Shown: piece after piece, positions 1 through 9,243 of the stretch | How positions within the stretch are numbered: the stretch's first letter is position 1 | Layout of the letters: the number at the start of each line of letters is the position of its first letter | Origin: Candidatus Kuenenia stuttgartensis | GTDB taxonomy: Bacteria; Planctomycetota; Brocadiia; Brocadiales; Brocadiaceae | Assembly: GCF_900232105.1 (NCBI RefSeq) | Contig: NZ_LT934425.1 | Span: forward strand, 840,001-872,000 | Reading direction: 5' to 3' | Length of the DNA stretch: 32,000 nucleotides | Notes under the pieces: generated by a model | The model's input: only the letters and a program-made list of their open reading frames with translations | Databases searched by the model: none | What the model was told of the DNA's origin: nothing | Made by a program: the position numbers and the translations under genes

Positions 1-212
1 GGTTATCAAATTCCATTATTGAAAGTAAGATGGTACATGGTCTAAGACTTATGCAGAAACTCAGGGGGATTCAGGGGAGTTGTTTTAACCAAATAATCCT
101 TAGCTTAATGACATTGAATTGCAAACTTGAACCCGCCATGAATACAATATTAATCACAATCAAGACGACTTTCATGGAGATTTAAAAAATTAAAGGCCGA
201 CTTTGTAGAACC

Positions 213-1556
213 ATGAAAAAACTTTTATTGGTCTCTCCCCTTGCATCAAAAAGCTTTCTGGGAGGCGATTTTTACTTTCGCCTCCCGTATCTGGGACTTT
301 TGAAGGTTGCTTCCCTTACTCCGTCCGATTGGGACGTTAGTATTATTGATGAAAAGGTTGAACCGCTCGATTTGACTCAAGATGCCGATCTTGTAGGTAT
401 TACTGCCATGACGCCTGCCGTTAATCGCGCTTATGAAATAGCAGACAGTTTTCGGTTACGGGGAATAAAGGTCATTATGGGCGGCATGCATGTGTCGAAG
501 ATGCCTGATGAGGCGTTGCAGCATTGTGACAGTGTGGTTATAGGTGAGGCAGAGCAGCTATGGGACAAAGCACTGGATGATTGTAAAAGGGACGAACTAA
601 AAAGTATCTATCGGCATGGCAACGAATATCCTTCCCTTGCCAATTTCCCTGCACCAAATTGGAAATTATACGAAGGGAAAAGATACCTCCCTGTGCATTT
701 CCTTGAAACGACCCGTGGATGTCCACACAACTGCGAATTTTGCTCTGTAACAAATTCATTCGGAGGTAAATTTCGAAACAGACCTGTTGATGAGGTTGAA
801 AAGGAGATACAAAACCTGAAGCCTTTTGAGGGGATGTTTGTTCTTAAAAATGGGGTCTTTTTCGTAGACGATAACATAATAAGCAACAGGGTGCACGCAA
901 AAGAGCTTTTAAAACGGATCATACCTTATAACCTCAAGTGGACAGGACAAGCATCTGTCAATATCGCAAAAAACGACGAAATCCTCGAACTCTGCAAAAA
1001 GAGCGGCTGTATGGGACTTATTGTAGGGTTTGAGTCGTTATCTCAGGGTAACCTTGCAAATATGGGAAAGACGTTCAATACACCCGATACGTATATCGAT
1101 GTGGTAAAAAAATTGCATGATTATGGTATAGGGGTCACCGGCGCCTTTGTTTTTGGCTTTGATCACGACGACGAAAGTGTCTTTGACAGAACTATTGAGT
1201 TTGTCATTAAGGCAAAGATTGATGTTTGTTATTTTTCAATTTTAACGCCGTATCCCGGCACGCGGGTTTATTCACAGATGCTGCATGAAGGAAGAATAAT
1301 AGACCGGGACTGGTCTAACTACAATACGAACCATGTCGTTTTTATGCCAAAATTGATGCGACCGGAAAAGCTCCTTGACGGTTTTCATCATGCCTTAAAA
1401 GAGAGTTTCTCTTATACTGCAATTTTTAAAAGACTCTGGGGCAACGGGACATACAAGAATTTCTTCTACCCCATGAACTTTGGTTTCAGGCAGACCGTTA
1501 GAAAAACAATACAAAACAAGCAGGATTTTTCCTATGAACAGGGTTCTGGTTCTTGA
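213..1556 (+). CDS. B12-binding domain radical SAM protein (BchE/HpnJ-like superfamily)
   Basis: 447 aa ORF; N-terminal B12-binding-like Rossmann region (VGITAMTP...VIMGGMH), radical SAM motif CPHNCEFC (CxxxCxxC), downstream GFESLSQG/GFVFGFDHD pattern. Confidence 0.9.
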   Translation: MKKLLLVSPLASKSFLGGDFYFRLPYLGLLKVASLTPSDWDVSIIDEKVEPLDLTQDADLVGITAMTPAVNRAYEIADSFRLRGIKVIMGGMHVSKMPDEALQHCDSVVIGEAEQLWDKALDDCKRDELKSIYRHGNEYPSLANFPAPNWKLYEGKRYLPVHFLETTRGCPHNCEFCSVTNSFGGKFRNRPVDEVEKEIQNLKPFEGMFVLKNGVFFVDDNIISNRVHAKELLKRIIPYNLKWTGQASVNIAKNDEILELCKKSGCMGLIVGFESLSQGNLANMGKTFNTPDTYIDVVKKLHDYGIGVTGAFVFGFDHDDESVFDRTIEFVIKAKIDVCYFSILTPYPGTRVYSQMLHEGRIIDRDWSNYNTNHVVFMPKLMRPEKLLDGFHHALKESFSYTAIFKRLWGNGTYKNFFYPMNFGFRQTVRKTIQNKQDFSYEQGSGS

Positions 1557-2697
1557 CGGAATGTGGAATAAGTCCCTTGCTGCCGTAAGGTCTTTTGGCA
1601 GGAAGGGATTTTATGTCACAGCAGGCGAAAGGACACGGCTTGCAACGGCAATTTTTTCTAAATACTGCAGCCGGAGATGGATCTATTCATCTCCGGTACT
1701 ATCCCAGGTTAATTTCCTTACTGACCTTGAAGCGGAACTGAAAGCGGGGAGGTACGATGTTATCTTTCCTATGGAATTTTCTACACAGGTTCTTTTAACT
1801 GAAGTTGCAAACAGGCAGATGATTGAAAAATATACAAGATTGCCTTTTGCCGATGCTGATCTTGCCAAAAAAGGGAATGATAAAGCATTTATTATGCAGT
1901 ATGCAAGAGAACGAGGGATTGGCGTCCCGACAACGTATATGGTAAATGATATTGAGCAGCTTGCGGTGATTGCAAAAGAAACTGCGTACCCTGTTCTTAT
2001 AAAACCACGGAATAGTTCCGGTTCAAGAGGTATTGTATATGTTAAAGAAAAAGAGGAATTATTAACATTATACCTTAAAGTACATAAAGAGTATCCATTT
2101 CCCATCATTCAGGAATATATACCAGATGGCGGTGATGTGTACGGAGTTGGGTTACTTTTCAATTTTCAATCGGAGATACGTGCATCTTTTGTATACAAGC
2201 GTTTACGTTCACATCCCGTAAGTGGTGGTCCGAGTACTCTAAGGGAAAGCGTGAAAAGGGAAGACGTCAGGGAGATCGCCGGGTTATTTATGAAGTCGCT
2301 TCGGTGGACAGGGGTTGCCCATGTGGAATTTAAAATTGATCCAAGAGACAGGAAGCCTAAATTACTTGAAGTAAATCCGAGATTCTGGGGGTCTTTACAA
2401 CTGGCGGTTGAATCAGGCATTGACTTTCCTTTTCTATTGTTCAGGCTGGCAATGGAAGGTGATATTGAGCCTGTTATGGACTATAATGCCGGTGTCAGAT
2501 GCAGGTGGCTTATTCCGGGAGATTTATTGCACTTTATCAAAAACCCGGAGAGGTTAAGACTAAAACCTAATTTTTTTGATTTCAACACAAAAGATGATAT
2601 TATTTCTCTGAGCGATCCCATGCCGGTAATTGGAAGGCTCTCATCTGTATTGATGTTTTTATATGATAAGGAAATGAAACACCTTTTACATGGATGA
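1534..2697 (+). CDS. ATP-grasp domain protein (carbamoyl-phosphate-synthase L / carboxylate-amine ligase-like)
   Basis: ORF track starts at 1480 but the internal Met at 1534 (MNRVLVLDG) is a more natural start; ATP-grasp signatures YPVLIKPRNSSGSRGIVYV, HVEFKIDPRDRKPKLLEVNPRFWGS. Overlaps the upstream radical SAM gene. Confidence 0.85.
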   Translation: MNRVLVLDGMWNKSLAAVRSFGRKGFYVTAGERTRLATAIFSKYCSRRWIYSSPVLSQVNFLTDLEAELKAGRYDVIFPMEFSTQVLLTEVANRQMIEKYTRLPFADADLAKKGNDKAFIMQYARERGIGVPTTYMVNDIEQLAVIAKETAYPVLIKPRNSSGSRGIVYVKEKEELLTLYLKVHKEYPFPIIQEYIPDGGDVYGVGLLFNFQSEIRASFVYKRLRSHPVSGGPSTLRESVKREDVREIAGLFMKSLRWTGVAHVEFKIDPRDRKPKLLEVNPRFWGSLQLAVESGIDFPFLLFRLAMEGDIEPVMDYNAGVRCRWLIPGDLLHFIKNPERLRLKPNFFDFNTKDDIISLSDPMPVIGRLSSVLMFLYDKEMKHLLHG

Positions 2698-2726
2698 AGA
2701 TATTTTGCAGACATGAGAAGAAATTA

Positions 2727-2752
2727 TGTAACACTTTAGTTTTTTGAAAAAT
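2727..2752 (+). repeat. 26-bp exact direct repeat, copy 1 (TGTAACACTTTAGTTTTTTGAAAAAT)
   Basis: Identical 26-mer found again at 26379-26404; both copies intergenic. Confidence 0.85.
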
Positions 2753-2964
2753 CTGTCCCTGCTTTAACCACATGTTTCAGCATGGGGGTTAACAAAATAA
2801 AAATGTCAGGTCATATAAGTTTTGATACTCTTTAATGGAGTAATGGCGCAGATTTAGAACCTGAAATGTTATATACAGAAAGTATTTTTATTACGGATAT
2901 AAAGAATGATGTTTATTCATGAATTGTCCTTCTAATCACACTTTATACACTGAGGAGCCACTCA

Positions 2965-3261
2965 ATGCGTAAAAAAGAAGAATTAAAATTATTAGCAAAT
3001 AAATGTATTGCAATACTCACTAACAAATATCAGGTTAAAAAAATCTTCCTTATCGGATCGCTTGTACATGGTATTGTCCATGAAAGGTCTGATATTGATT
3101 TGGTTGTTGAAGGGTTGCCTTCAGAGTTTTATATAAAAGCCCTGTCAGAATTGAGCGATATCATGCCTCCCGGTGTCGAGATTAATCTCATTCCATTTGA
3201 AGATGCGTTTGAAAGTTTAAAGGAAAAAACAATAAAGGAAGGGGAACTTGTTTACGGATAG
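2965..3261 (+). CDS. MNT-type minimal nucleotidyltransferase (antitoxin of HEPN/MNT pair)
   Basis: 98 aa; pol-beta NTase motif GSLVHGIVHERSDIDLVV (GS-x(n)-DxD). Confidence 0.88.
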   Translation: MRKKEELKLLANKCIAILTNKYQVKKIFLIGSLVHGIVHERSDIDLVVEGLPSEFYIKALSELSDIMPPGVEINLIPFEDAFESLKEKTIKEGELVYG

Positions 3262-3709
3262 GGAACGACTGAAGAAGGACATTGAAATAGAACTCGAAAA
3301 TCTGCAAAGGCTCGTACAAGAGATGGAAGAACTAATCCGTGAGTTACCTGAAAATCCCGGTTCTGTTGAAACACGGGCTGCGGGAAGCATTCTTCATGAT
3401 TTCTATTGTGGTATCGAAAAGATTTTTGAAAGGATCGCTATTACTGTTGATAACAACTTGCCAGGGGGAGAAGACTGGCATAAACAATTGCAGAAACAAA
3501 TGGCAACCCCTTATAAGGGAGCAAGAAGAGAGGTCATAACGGAGGAGGAGTTAATGTTAGAATTAAAAGAATACTTAAGTTTCCGTCACCTTTTCAGACA
3601 TATCTATGGTTTTAATTTAAAGTGGGAACAATTTTCTCGACTTTGCTATTCTTTGGGGTCTTTATACAAAAAATTAAAGATTGCATTAATCGACTTCTTG
3701 AAAAACTAA
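3248..3709 (+). CDS. HEPN-domain (HepT-like) putative ribonuclease toxin
   Basis: 153 aa, overlaps the MNT gene by 14 bp; alpha-helical; RHLFRH fits the HEPN Rx4-6H motif. Confidence 0.75.
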   Translation: MFTDRERLKKDIEIELENLQRLVQEMEELIRELPENPGSVETRAAGSILHDFYCGIEKIFERIAITVDNNLPGGEDWHKQLQKQMATPYKGARREVITEEELMLELKEYLSFRHLFRHIYGFNLKWEQFSRLCYSLGSLYKKLKIALIDFLKN

Positions 3710-3723
3710 ACAGAGAAGAAGAT

Positions 3724-3990
3724 ATGATTACCTATATAATTGGGAACCTATTTGAATCCCCGGCTCATGTGTTGATCAATACTGTCAATACTGGGAGAGT
3801 TATGGGGAAGGGTATTGCCAAAGATTTTAAGACAATTTACCCTGAAATGTTTAGAGAATACCTACGCTGGCATAGCCAGAACCAAACAAGCAAGAAATCC
3901 GAAACAAATTCCAAAATTCTCCCCCTTACCCCCTCCAAAGGGGGAGAATGTCCCCTGCTGGCGGGGATGCAGAGGGTGGATTCGTATTGA
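3724..3990 (+). pseudogene. Truncated macro-domain protein (N-terminal remnant)
   Basis: MITYIIGNLFESPAHVLINTVNTGRVMGKGIAKDFKTIYPEMFREY resembles the N-terminus of macro (ADP-ribose-binding) domains; homology ends where the frame runs into the GC-rich repeat (KILPLTPSKGGE...). Confidence 0.7.
3916..3980. repeat. Small GC-rich palindromic repeat element (C/G-tract hairpin)
   Basis: ATTCTCCCCCTT (3916-3927) pairs perfectly with AAGGGGGAGAAT (3938-3949); followed by TCCCCTGCTGGCGGGGA, a second short hairpin. Interrupts the macro-domain frame. Confidence 0.65.
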
Positions 3991-4092
3991 ACATTTCAGA
4001 TTCGCCATTAAATATTTTGCCAAAAAGCACGCACTGACGAATGGAAGTGTGCAAAGAAATTATTTTTAACGGTAAGGAGCCAATGTATGACA

Positions 4093-4878
4093 ATGAAAAA
4101 AACTTGTATTTTATTGGTATGGTTAATAGCAATTGTCGTTTTTTACGAGACTAAAACAAGCAATGCCGAAGAATCCATTACGCAACTGGCTCATGACGAT
4201 TTATATAAAAAGGCGATGTTTCTTAAAGAAGAGGGTAAAAGTGATGAGGCTATAAACACGTTTAATAAATTCATGGAAGTCAGCAAGGACGAATTGAAAA
4301 GAACTGATGCCATGTTAGAACAATGCATGATTATGAAAGACATGAAAGCCCCTGCGTGGAAGTATAAGGCAAAAGAAGCACAGCAAAAGGTTAAAATTCT
4401 TTACCGGTCTCATTATTTGAACCCGGAATACTGGCTTGTCTATGCAAAATTTGCAGCGCTTATCAATAGGGAGCGTGATGTATATGGGGCATTTAAAAAA
4501 GCTTTCTTTTATAAGCCGGATTATCCGGAAGGTTACATCGTAAAGGGAGATTTGTACGGCTACCTTGCAAAAAATACCGATCCGTCAGAATCCACAGTTA
4601 GTACTTCAATCGATTCTGCATATGAGCCTGTTAGTAAAGAGAATTCGGCCCGTTACAATAAAGGAAAAGAGGCAAAGAAGTCTTACGAAATTGCACTCAG
4701 AAATTCAACACTGGGCAACGACAAAAAGGCTTATATTCATTATAAAATTGGTACACTGGAAATGGATATTTTATCAAATAAAGAAGATGCCATAAGAAAC
4801 TGGAAGAAGACGGCTGAGCTTTCTCCTGACAGTATTTATGGGAAAAAATCCGTAGAACTCCTGAGCGGGAATCCGTGA
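4093..4878 (+). CDS. Exported TPR-like repeat protein
   Basis: N-terminal signal/hydrophobic segment (MKKTCILLVWLIAIVVFYETKTSNA), helical repeats (AAKFAALINRERDVYGAFKKAFFYKPDYPEGYI...). Start could also be 4087. Confidence 0.65.
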   Translation: MKKTCILLVWLIAIVVFYETKTSNAEESITQLAHDDLYKKAMFLKEEGKSDEAINTFNKFMEVSKDELKRTDAMLEQCMIMKDMKAPAWKYKAKEAQQKVKILYRSHYLNPEYWLVYAKFAALINRERDVYGAFKKAFFYKPDYPEGYIVKGDLYGYLAKNTDPSESTVSTSIDSAYEPVSKENSARYNKGKEAKKSYEIALRNSTLGNDKKAYIHYKIGTLEMDILSNKEDAIRNWKKTAELSPDSIYGKKSVELLSGNP

Positions 4879-5699
4879 TTAATGGCTTGACCGTTGATCT
4901 TGAGGATTGGTATCACATCTGTGGCGTAGAGGGCTATTCTGATCCGCAAAAATGGGATACTTATGAAAACCGTATAATAAGGAATACTGACAAGGTACTT
5001 ACTCTTTTAAGAACGTATAAAGTAAAGGCTACTTTTTTTGTCCTCGGATACATTGCCTTCAAGGAACCTGGTCTTATAAAGACAATTAAGAGCGAGGGAC
5101 ATGAAATAGCAACTCATGGCTTTTATCATAAGAGGATCTTTGAGATGACGGAACGGGAGTTTGAAGAAGATGTCAATAAATCCATTTCTGTTATATCATC
5201 AAATATCAACGAGAGGGTACTGGGTTTTAGGGCGCCGGAATGGTCGATCCGGAAGAATACTTTATGGATGCTTAATGCATTAAGGAAATACGGTATTCTT
5301 TATGATTCAAGCATGGTTCCTCTTACAAGAATGGGATATAGGGATTACCCTGTTTATCCATGTTGCTACAATACTGATTATGGAAAGATTTGGGAATTTC
5401 CGCTCACCACAACAAGGCTGTTTTGGGAACGTCTTCCCTTTACGGGTGGCTTACCGTTAAGACTATGTCCTTATTTTTATATTGTATCAGAAATAAAAAA
5501 AATTAACCGCATGGGGTTTCCTGCAATGGTCTATATACATCCGTGGGAATTTGACAAAGAACAACCACGCATTGATTTGCCGTTAAGCAGGAGATTTATG
5601 CACTATTTCAACATAAGTGCCACTCCCAGGAAGACAGAAGGCTTACTTAGCAATTTTCAATTTGCCCCTATCAAAAATATATTGGGGATTACAACATGA
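4875..5699 (+). CDS. Polysaccharide deacetylase family protein with DUF3473-like C-terminus
   Basis: GTG start overlapping the previous stop; LTVDLEDWYH, ATFFVLGYIA, HEIATHGFYHK, GFRAPEWSI, YIHPWEFD motifs typical of NodB-homology deacetylases found in exopolysaccharide/PEP-CTERM-type loci. Confidence 0.9.
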   Translation: MINGLTVDLEDWYHICGVEGYSDPQKWDTYENRIIRNTDKVLTLLRTYKVKATFFVLGYIAFKEPGLIKTIKSEGHEIATHGFYHKRIFEMTEREFEEDVNKSISVISSNINERVLGFRAPEWSIRKNTLWMLNALRKYGILYDSSMVPLTRMGYRDYPVYPCCYNTDYGKIWEFPLTTTRLFWERLPFTGGLPLRLCPYFYIVSEIKKINRMGFPAMVYIHPWEFDKEQPRIDLPLSRRFMHYFNISATPRKTEGLLSNFQFAPIKNILGITT

Positions 5700-5896
5700 G
5701 AGATATGTATTATCTTAAATCCGTATCCACCTTTTGCATTATTTATAGCTTAATAGTCGCCTTCTTATATGTATTTACAGTTGTTACGGGTTTTGTCGGG
5801 AGTATTTTTATTTTTGTAACGATTTTGTTTCTGCTTTTTTTTTATTATAATGGGTTCGTAAAATTTAAAAAAATAAGGAACCGTTTTCTACGTTGA
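5696..5896 (+). CDS. Small membrane protein of unknown function
   Basis: 66 aa, two hydrophobic segments, 4-bp ATGA overlap with upstream gene and 4-bp overlap with the following KS gene. Confidence 0.6.
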   Translation: MRDMYYLKSVSTFCIIYSLIVAFLYVFTVVTGFVGSIFIFVTILFLLFFYYNGFVKFKKIRNRFLR

Positions 5897-7107
5897 AGAA
5901 GAGAGTTGTTATTACTGGAATGGGCATAATTACCGCCCACGGTATTGGTAAGGAAATAACCTGGAAAAAGATCGTTTCAGGCGCATCAGGTATTAAAGAA
6001 ATAGAGTCTTTCGATTCCTCAAAATATCCCGGAAAGTGCGGTGGAGAGGCAAAGCAGTTTACCTCTGCTTCCGAAATAAGAAATTTAAATGCGGCACGTC
6101 TTGACAGGGCATCGCATTTATTGATTCATGCTTCACGTGAAGCGCTTCTGGAATCAAACGTACTCCCATACATCAAAAATACAAATATACTTTTATCTTT
6201 AGGGACAACACTTGGTGGAATGATTTCCGGAGAGTTGTTTCATAAAGAAGTTCTGAAAAAAGGGCTGAAAAAGGCACGCATTTCTTTATTAACTGATTAT
6301 CTTGCAAATTGCCAGGCGATTAATTTATTCAGGGAATTTCAATTAAAAGGAAATTACAATATATTTTCTAACGCATGTGCATCCGGTACAAATGCCATAG
6401 GTTGTGCGTATAATTCTATACAATCAGGCCTTTATAAAATTGCCATTTGCGGAGGATACGATACTATGAGTGAATTTACCTTTGCCGGTTTCAGCTCTCT
6501 TATGGCAATGACTCCTACTAAGTGCAGGCCGTTTGATAAGAATAGAAACGGGCTGGTACTGGGGGAGGGAGTAGGAATTTTAATTTTAGAGGAATTGGAA
6601 CACGCCGTGAAACGAAATGTACGAATATTGGGCGAAATAATCGGGTACGGGGAATCTTCCGATGCGTATCATATGACAAGCCCCGACCCGACAGGTGAGT
6701 TCGCATTTCGTGCCATTATGAATGCCTTGAATGATGCGGATAATCCAAAAATTGATTATATCAATGCACATGGCACCGGAACTATTTATAATGACGCGCA
6801 GGAATCCAATGCAATATTGAAAGCGTTTGGAGAGGAAACACAAAACATACCCGTAAGTTCAATAAAACCCATGGTTGGCCATATCCTTGGTGGGGCTGGG
6901 GCGGTAGAGGCTATAGTATCATTGCTTTCAATTGAGCGTAAAGCCGTTCCTCCAAATATAAATTATTGCACGCCTGATCCCGTTTGCAATTTGAACATAT
7001 CAAAGGAAACAGTGTATTGCGATATAAAAACCGTTTTGTCCAATTCATTTGGTTTTGGGGGGACTAACGCAACTTTAATACTCAGGGAATATACATGGAT
7101 CGGATAG
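5893..7107 (+). CDS. Beta-ketoacyl-ACP synthase, FabF-like (KS 1, catalytic residues intact)
   Basis: 404 aa, TTG start; active-site SNACASGTNAIG (Cys codon 162 at 6376-6378), NAHGTGTIYND, KPMVGHILGGAGAVEA, NSFGFGGTNATLI. Confidence 0.95.
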   Translation: MKKRVVITGMGIITAHGIGKEITWKKIVSGASGIKEIESFDSSKYPGKCGGEAKQFTSASEIRNLNAARLDRASHLLIHASREALLESNVLPYIKNTNILLSLGTTLGGMISGELFHKEVLKKGLKKARISLLTDYLANCQAINLFREFQLKGNYNIFSNACASGTNAIGCAYNSIQSGLYKIAICGGYDTMSEFTFAGFSSLMAMTPTKCRPFDKNRNGLVLGEGVGILILEELEHAVKRNVRILGEIIGYGESSDAYHMTSPDPTGEFAFRAIMNALNDADNPKIDYINAHGTGTIYNDAQESNAILKAFGEETQNIPVSSIKPMVGHILGGAGAVEAIVSLLSIERKAVPPNINYCTPDPVCNLNISKETVYCDIKTVLSNSFGFGGTNATLILREYTWIG

Positions 7108-8156
7108 TGTTAACAGGCGTGGGGCCATTGACGCCTATTGGAAAAGGAAAAGAAGATTTCTGGAATGCAGTAGTGAACAACTTCCCAGGCATAAAGAAGA
7201 TAACAAAGTTCATGCCCGATCAAGAATTTTACGGGGGAGAAATTAATGATATCCATTTTGACGAATATATCCCCGACACAAAATTCAGACGTGCCACTGA
7301 AATATCTAAATTTACTATGTCCGCCGCAAAGATGGCAATGGATGACGCTCAGGTTGATTCTCCCAATATTAAAAATCTTGGGCTAGTTGTCGGCTTAACC
7401 CACGGTGCTCTAAACTATACACAATCCTATCACGAACTTCTGGTAACCGAAGGTCCTGAATCTGCCAGTCCCATACTCTTTTCTGATTCTATATTGAACG
7501 CCCCCGCAGGTAATACTTCTATCTGCTTAGGTATTCACGGTCCCGTTCATACTTTGATTGGGGGCAGTGTAACAACCATACGGGCGATCATGCTCGCAGT
7601 ACAATTATTAGCCACAAAAAAAATGGAAAAGTCAGTTATTGCTTCTGCCGAAGAATTAAACAAATTTTCACTATACTGTTACTACAGGCTGGGGATAAAC
7701 ACATTGTCTGAAGGTGCCGGTGCTCTCTTAATAGAACCGGAAGATACAAAGAACAATCAAGTCCCGTATTGTTATATTTCCGGCTTTGCTTCACAAACCA
7801 ATCCTTCAAATTTACAGTCCGCGTTGGAAGAATCCGTTGAAACCGCGTTGAAAAAAGCCAATTTAAAAGCAAAAGACGTTGATCTGTTAATGACGTCCCC
7901 TTCTTTCCCCAAAGTACAGCAGCTTGATGCATATGAAATTCCCATGGGTAGTTTGGATTCAATTACGGGAAATGCATTTGCTGTTTCTACCATATGGAAC
8001 GTTATTCTATCGGCGTTGTGTATAAGGCATGGGGCAATACCATTGCCTATTCTCAAAAATTCAGCGCCGATTAACAACGAGATCAGGAACGTAATGATTT
8101 GTGCAACTGAGAGCGAAGGGGTTGCGGGAGTATTAATTTTATCGAAAATATCATGA
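7095..8156 (+). CDS. Degenerate beta-ketoacyl synthase-like protein (chain-length-factor-like partner 1)
   Basis: 353 aa KS fold signatures (VLTGVGPLTPIGKGKEDFWNAV, SKFTMSAAKMAMDDA, NTLSEGAGALLIE) but the active-site Cys region reads GPVHTLIGGSVTTIRAI and the HGT and GH motifs are not recognisable. Confidence 0.85.
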   Translation: MDRIVLTGVGPLTPIGKGKEDFWNAVVNNFPGIKKITKFMPDQEFYGGEINDIHFDEYIPDTKFRRATEISKFTMSAAKMAMDDAQVDSPNIKNLGLVVGLTHGALNYTQSYHELLVTEGPESASPILFSDSILNAPAGNTSICLGIHGPVHTLIGGSVTTIRAIMLAVQLLATKKMEKSVIASAEELNKFSLYCYYRLGINTLSEGAGALLIEPEDTKNNQVPYCYISGFASQTNPSNLQSALEESVETALKKANLKAKDVDLLMTSPSFPKVQQLDAYEIPMGSLDSITGNAFAVSTIWNVILSALCIRHGAIPLPILKNSAPINNEIRNVMICATESEGVAGVLILSKIS

Positions 8157-8169
8157 AAATAAACGCGGC

Positions 8170-9243
8170 TTGTTTAAGACTATGAATTATAATTTTCCCG
8201 ATACAAGATTATTATTAAGCCAATTTCTTGTACAAAGATATCAAACAGAAATGCTTTTGAAATTTGCGCAAGAAGAAGGAATCCTGCGGCTTCTTGAGTC
8301 TATTGATACATTTCACATCAATGAAGCTATAGAAGCGCTTCAAAATAAGCTCAATTATCAATTGCAGGACAGGTTGAGAAGAAGAATGATACATACACTT
8401 ATTTATCTATTACAGGAGTGTGGATATTTAAGCCTTGAAAACACCAGATATCAATGGCATATGATTGAAAATGCTGCTCCGAAATTAAAAGACGAGGAAT
8501 ATAAAATTATTGAAGTTTCATTTAAGGGAGTGGTGGGGTTTTTTGAAGAGTGTATCAAATACAGCGGTGATTTTTTGCGTGGAGCAACGCCACGTTTCAA
8601 TTTTAATGCGGAATTTACGTCGATATGGGAAAGCTTTCTGGGTAATGCAGAGTTCAACTTTGCCAGATCCATTCTTATAGAATTGTTAATGTTTGAAAAA
8701 AAAGAAAACAGTAATATTCTCGTTCTTTGCTTTGGCCCAGGTTTTGATTTGGTAAAGATAAGTGAGCGATTTTCCAATGTGAAATTATTTGGTCTTGATT
8801 TTGCCGAGAACTTTTACGATAAAGCCAAAAGCAAATTATCAAATTCTCATACCATCGAATGGGTACGTTCTGACCGTTGGAAAGGTTTTGGCTTTCCATT
8901 ACCTTTTCAGGATAATTGCATGGAAGTTGTGTTTTTTGGATGTGCTGATCCATATATCCCCGTTGAAAAAAGAAGATATGCTTATAAGGAAATCTTCAGG
9001 GTTTTGAAGCATGAGGGTTCACTTGGCATTTTGACCAACAGTTACCCTGACCAGGAGAAAAAATACGTAAAAGATAAATGGATAAGATTGGGAATACTTG
9101 CTCATGATTTCTGTGAAAGTGTCTGCGAGGGGTGGCAGGGTTTTCATGAAGCAGTGAATTCAATAAAACTTTTTAAAGAGATTGGGTACCATACGAATAC
9201 CGTAATGCTCAATGCTTCGATCTGGAGATTGGACAAACCTTGA
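8170..9243 (+). CDS. SAM-dependent methyltransferase with N-terminal helical domain
   Basis: 357 aa; NILVLCFGPGFDLVKISERFSNVKLFGLDFAENFYDKAK (class I motif I variant), EIFRVLKHEGSLGILTNSYPDQ. Confidence 0.8.
   Translation: MFKTMNYNFPDTRLLLSQFLVQRYQTEMLLKFAQEEGILRLLESIDTFHINEAIEALQNKLNYQLQDRLRRRMIHTLIYLLQECGYLSLENTRYQWHMIENAAPKLKDEEYKIIEVSFKGVVGFFEECIKYSGDFLRGATPRFNFNAEFTSIWESFLGNAEFNFARSILIELLMFEKKENSNILVLCFGPGFDLVKISERFSNVKLFGLDFAENFYDKAKSKLSNSHTIEWVRSDRWKGFGFPLPFQDNCMEVVFFGCADPYIPVEKRRYAYKEIFRVLKHEGSLGILTNSYPDQEKKYVKDKWIRLGILAHDFCESVCEGWQGFHEAVNSIKLFKEIGYHTNTVMLNASIWRLDKP

Noticed and set aside
538-922. Minus-strand ORFs 538-759 and 608-922
   Set aside because: Antisense to a well-supported radical SAM gene, overlapping each other, no recognisable motifs.
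1683-2714. Minus-strand ORFs inside the ATP-grasp gene
   Set aside because: Shadow ORFs on the strand opposite a clear coding sequence.
3339-3539. Plus-strand ORF 66 aa within the HEPN gene
   Set aside because: Out-of-frame overlap with a supported gene, no motif.
3815-4132. ORFs 3815-4069 (+) and 3926-4132 (-)
   Set aside because: Run through the palindromic repeat element in alternative frames; composition reflects the repeat (LPPPKGE, PPLWRG) rather than a protein.
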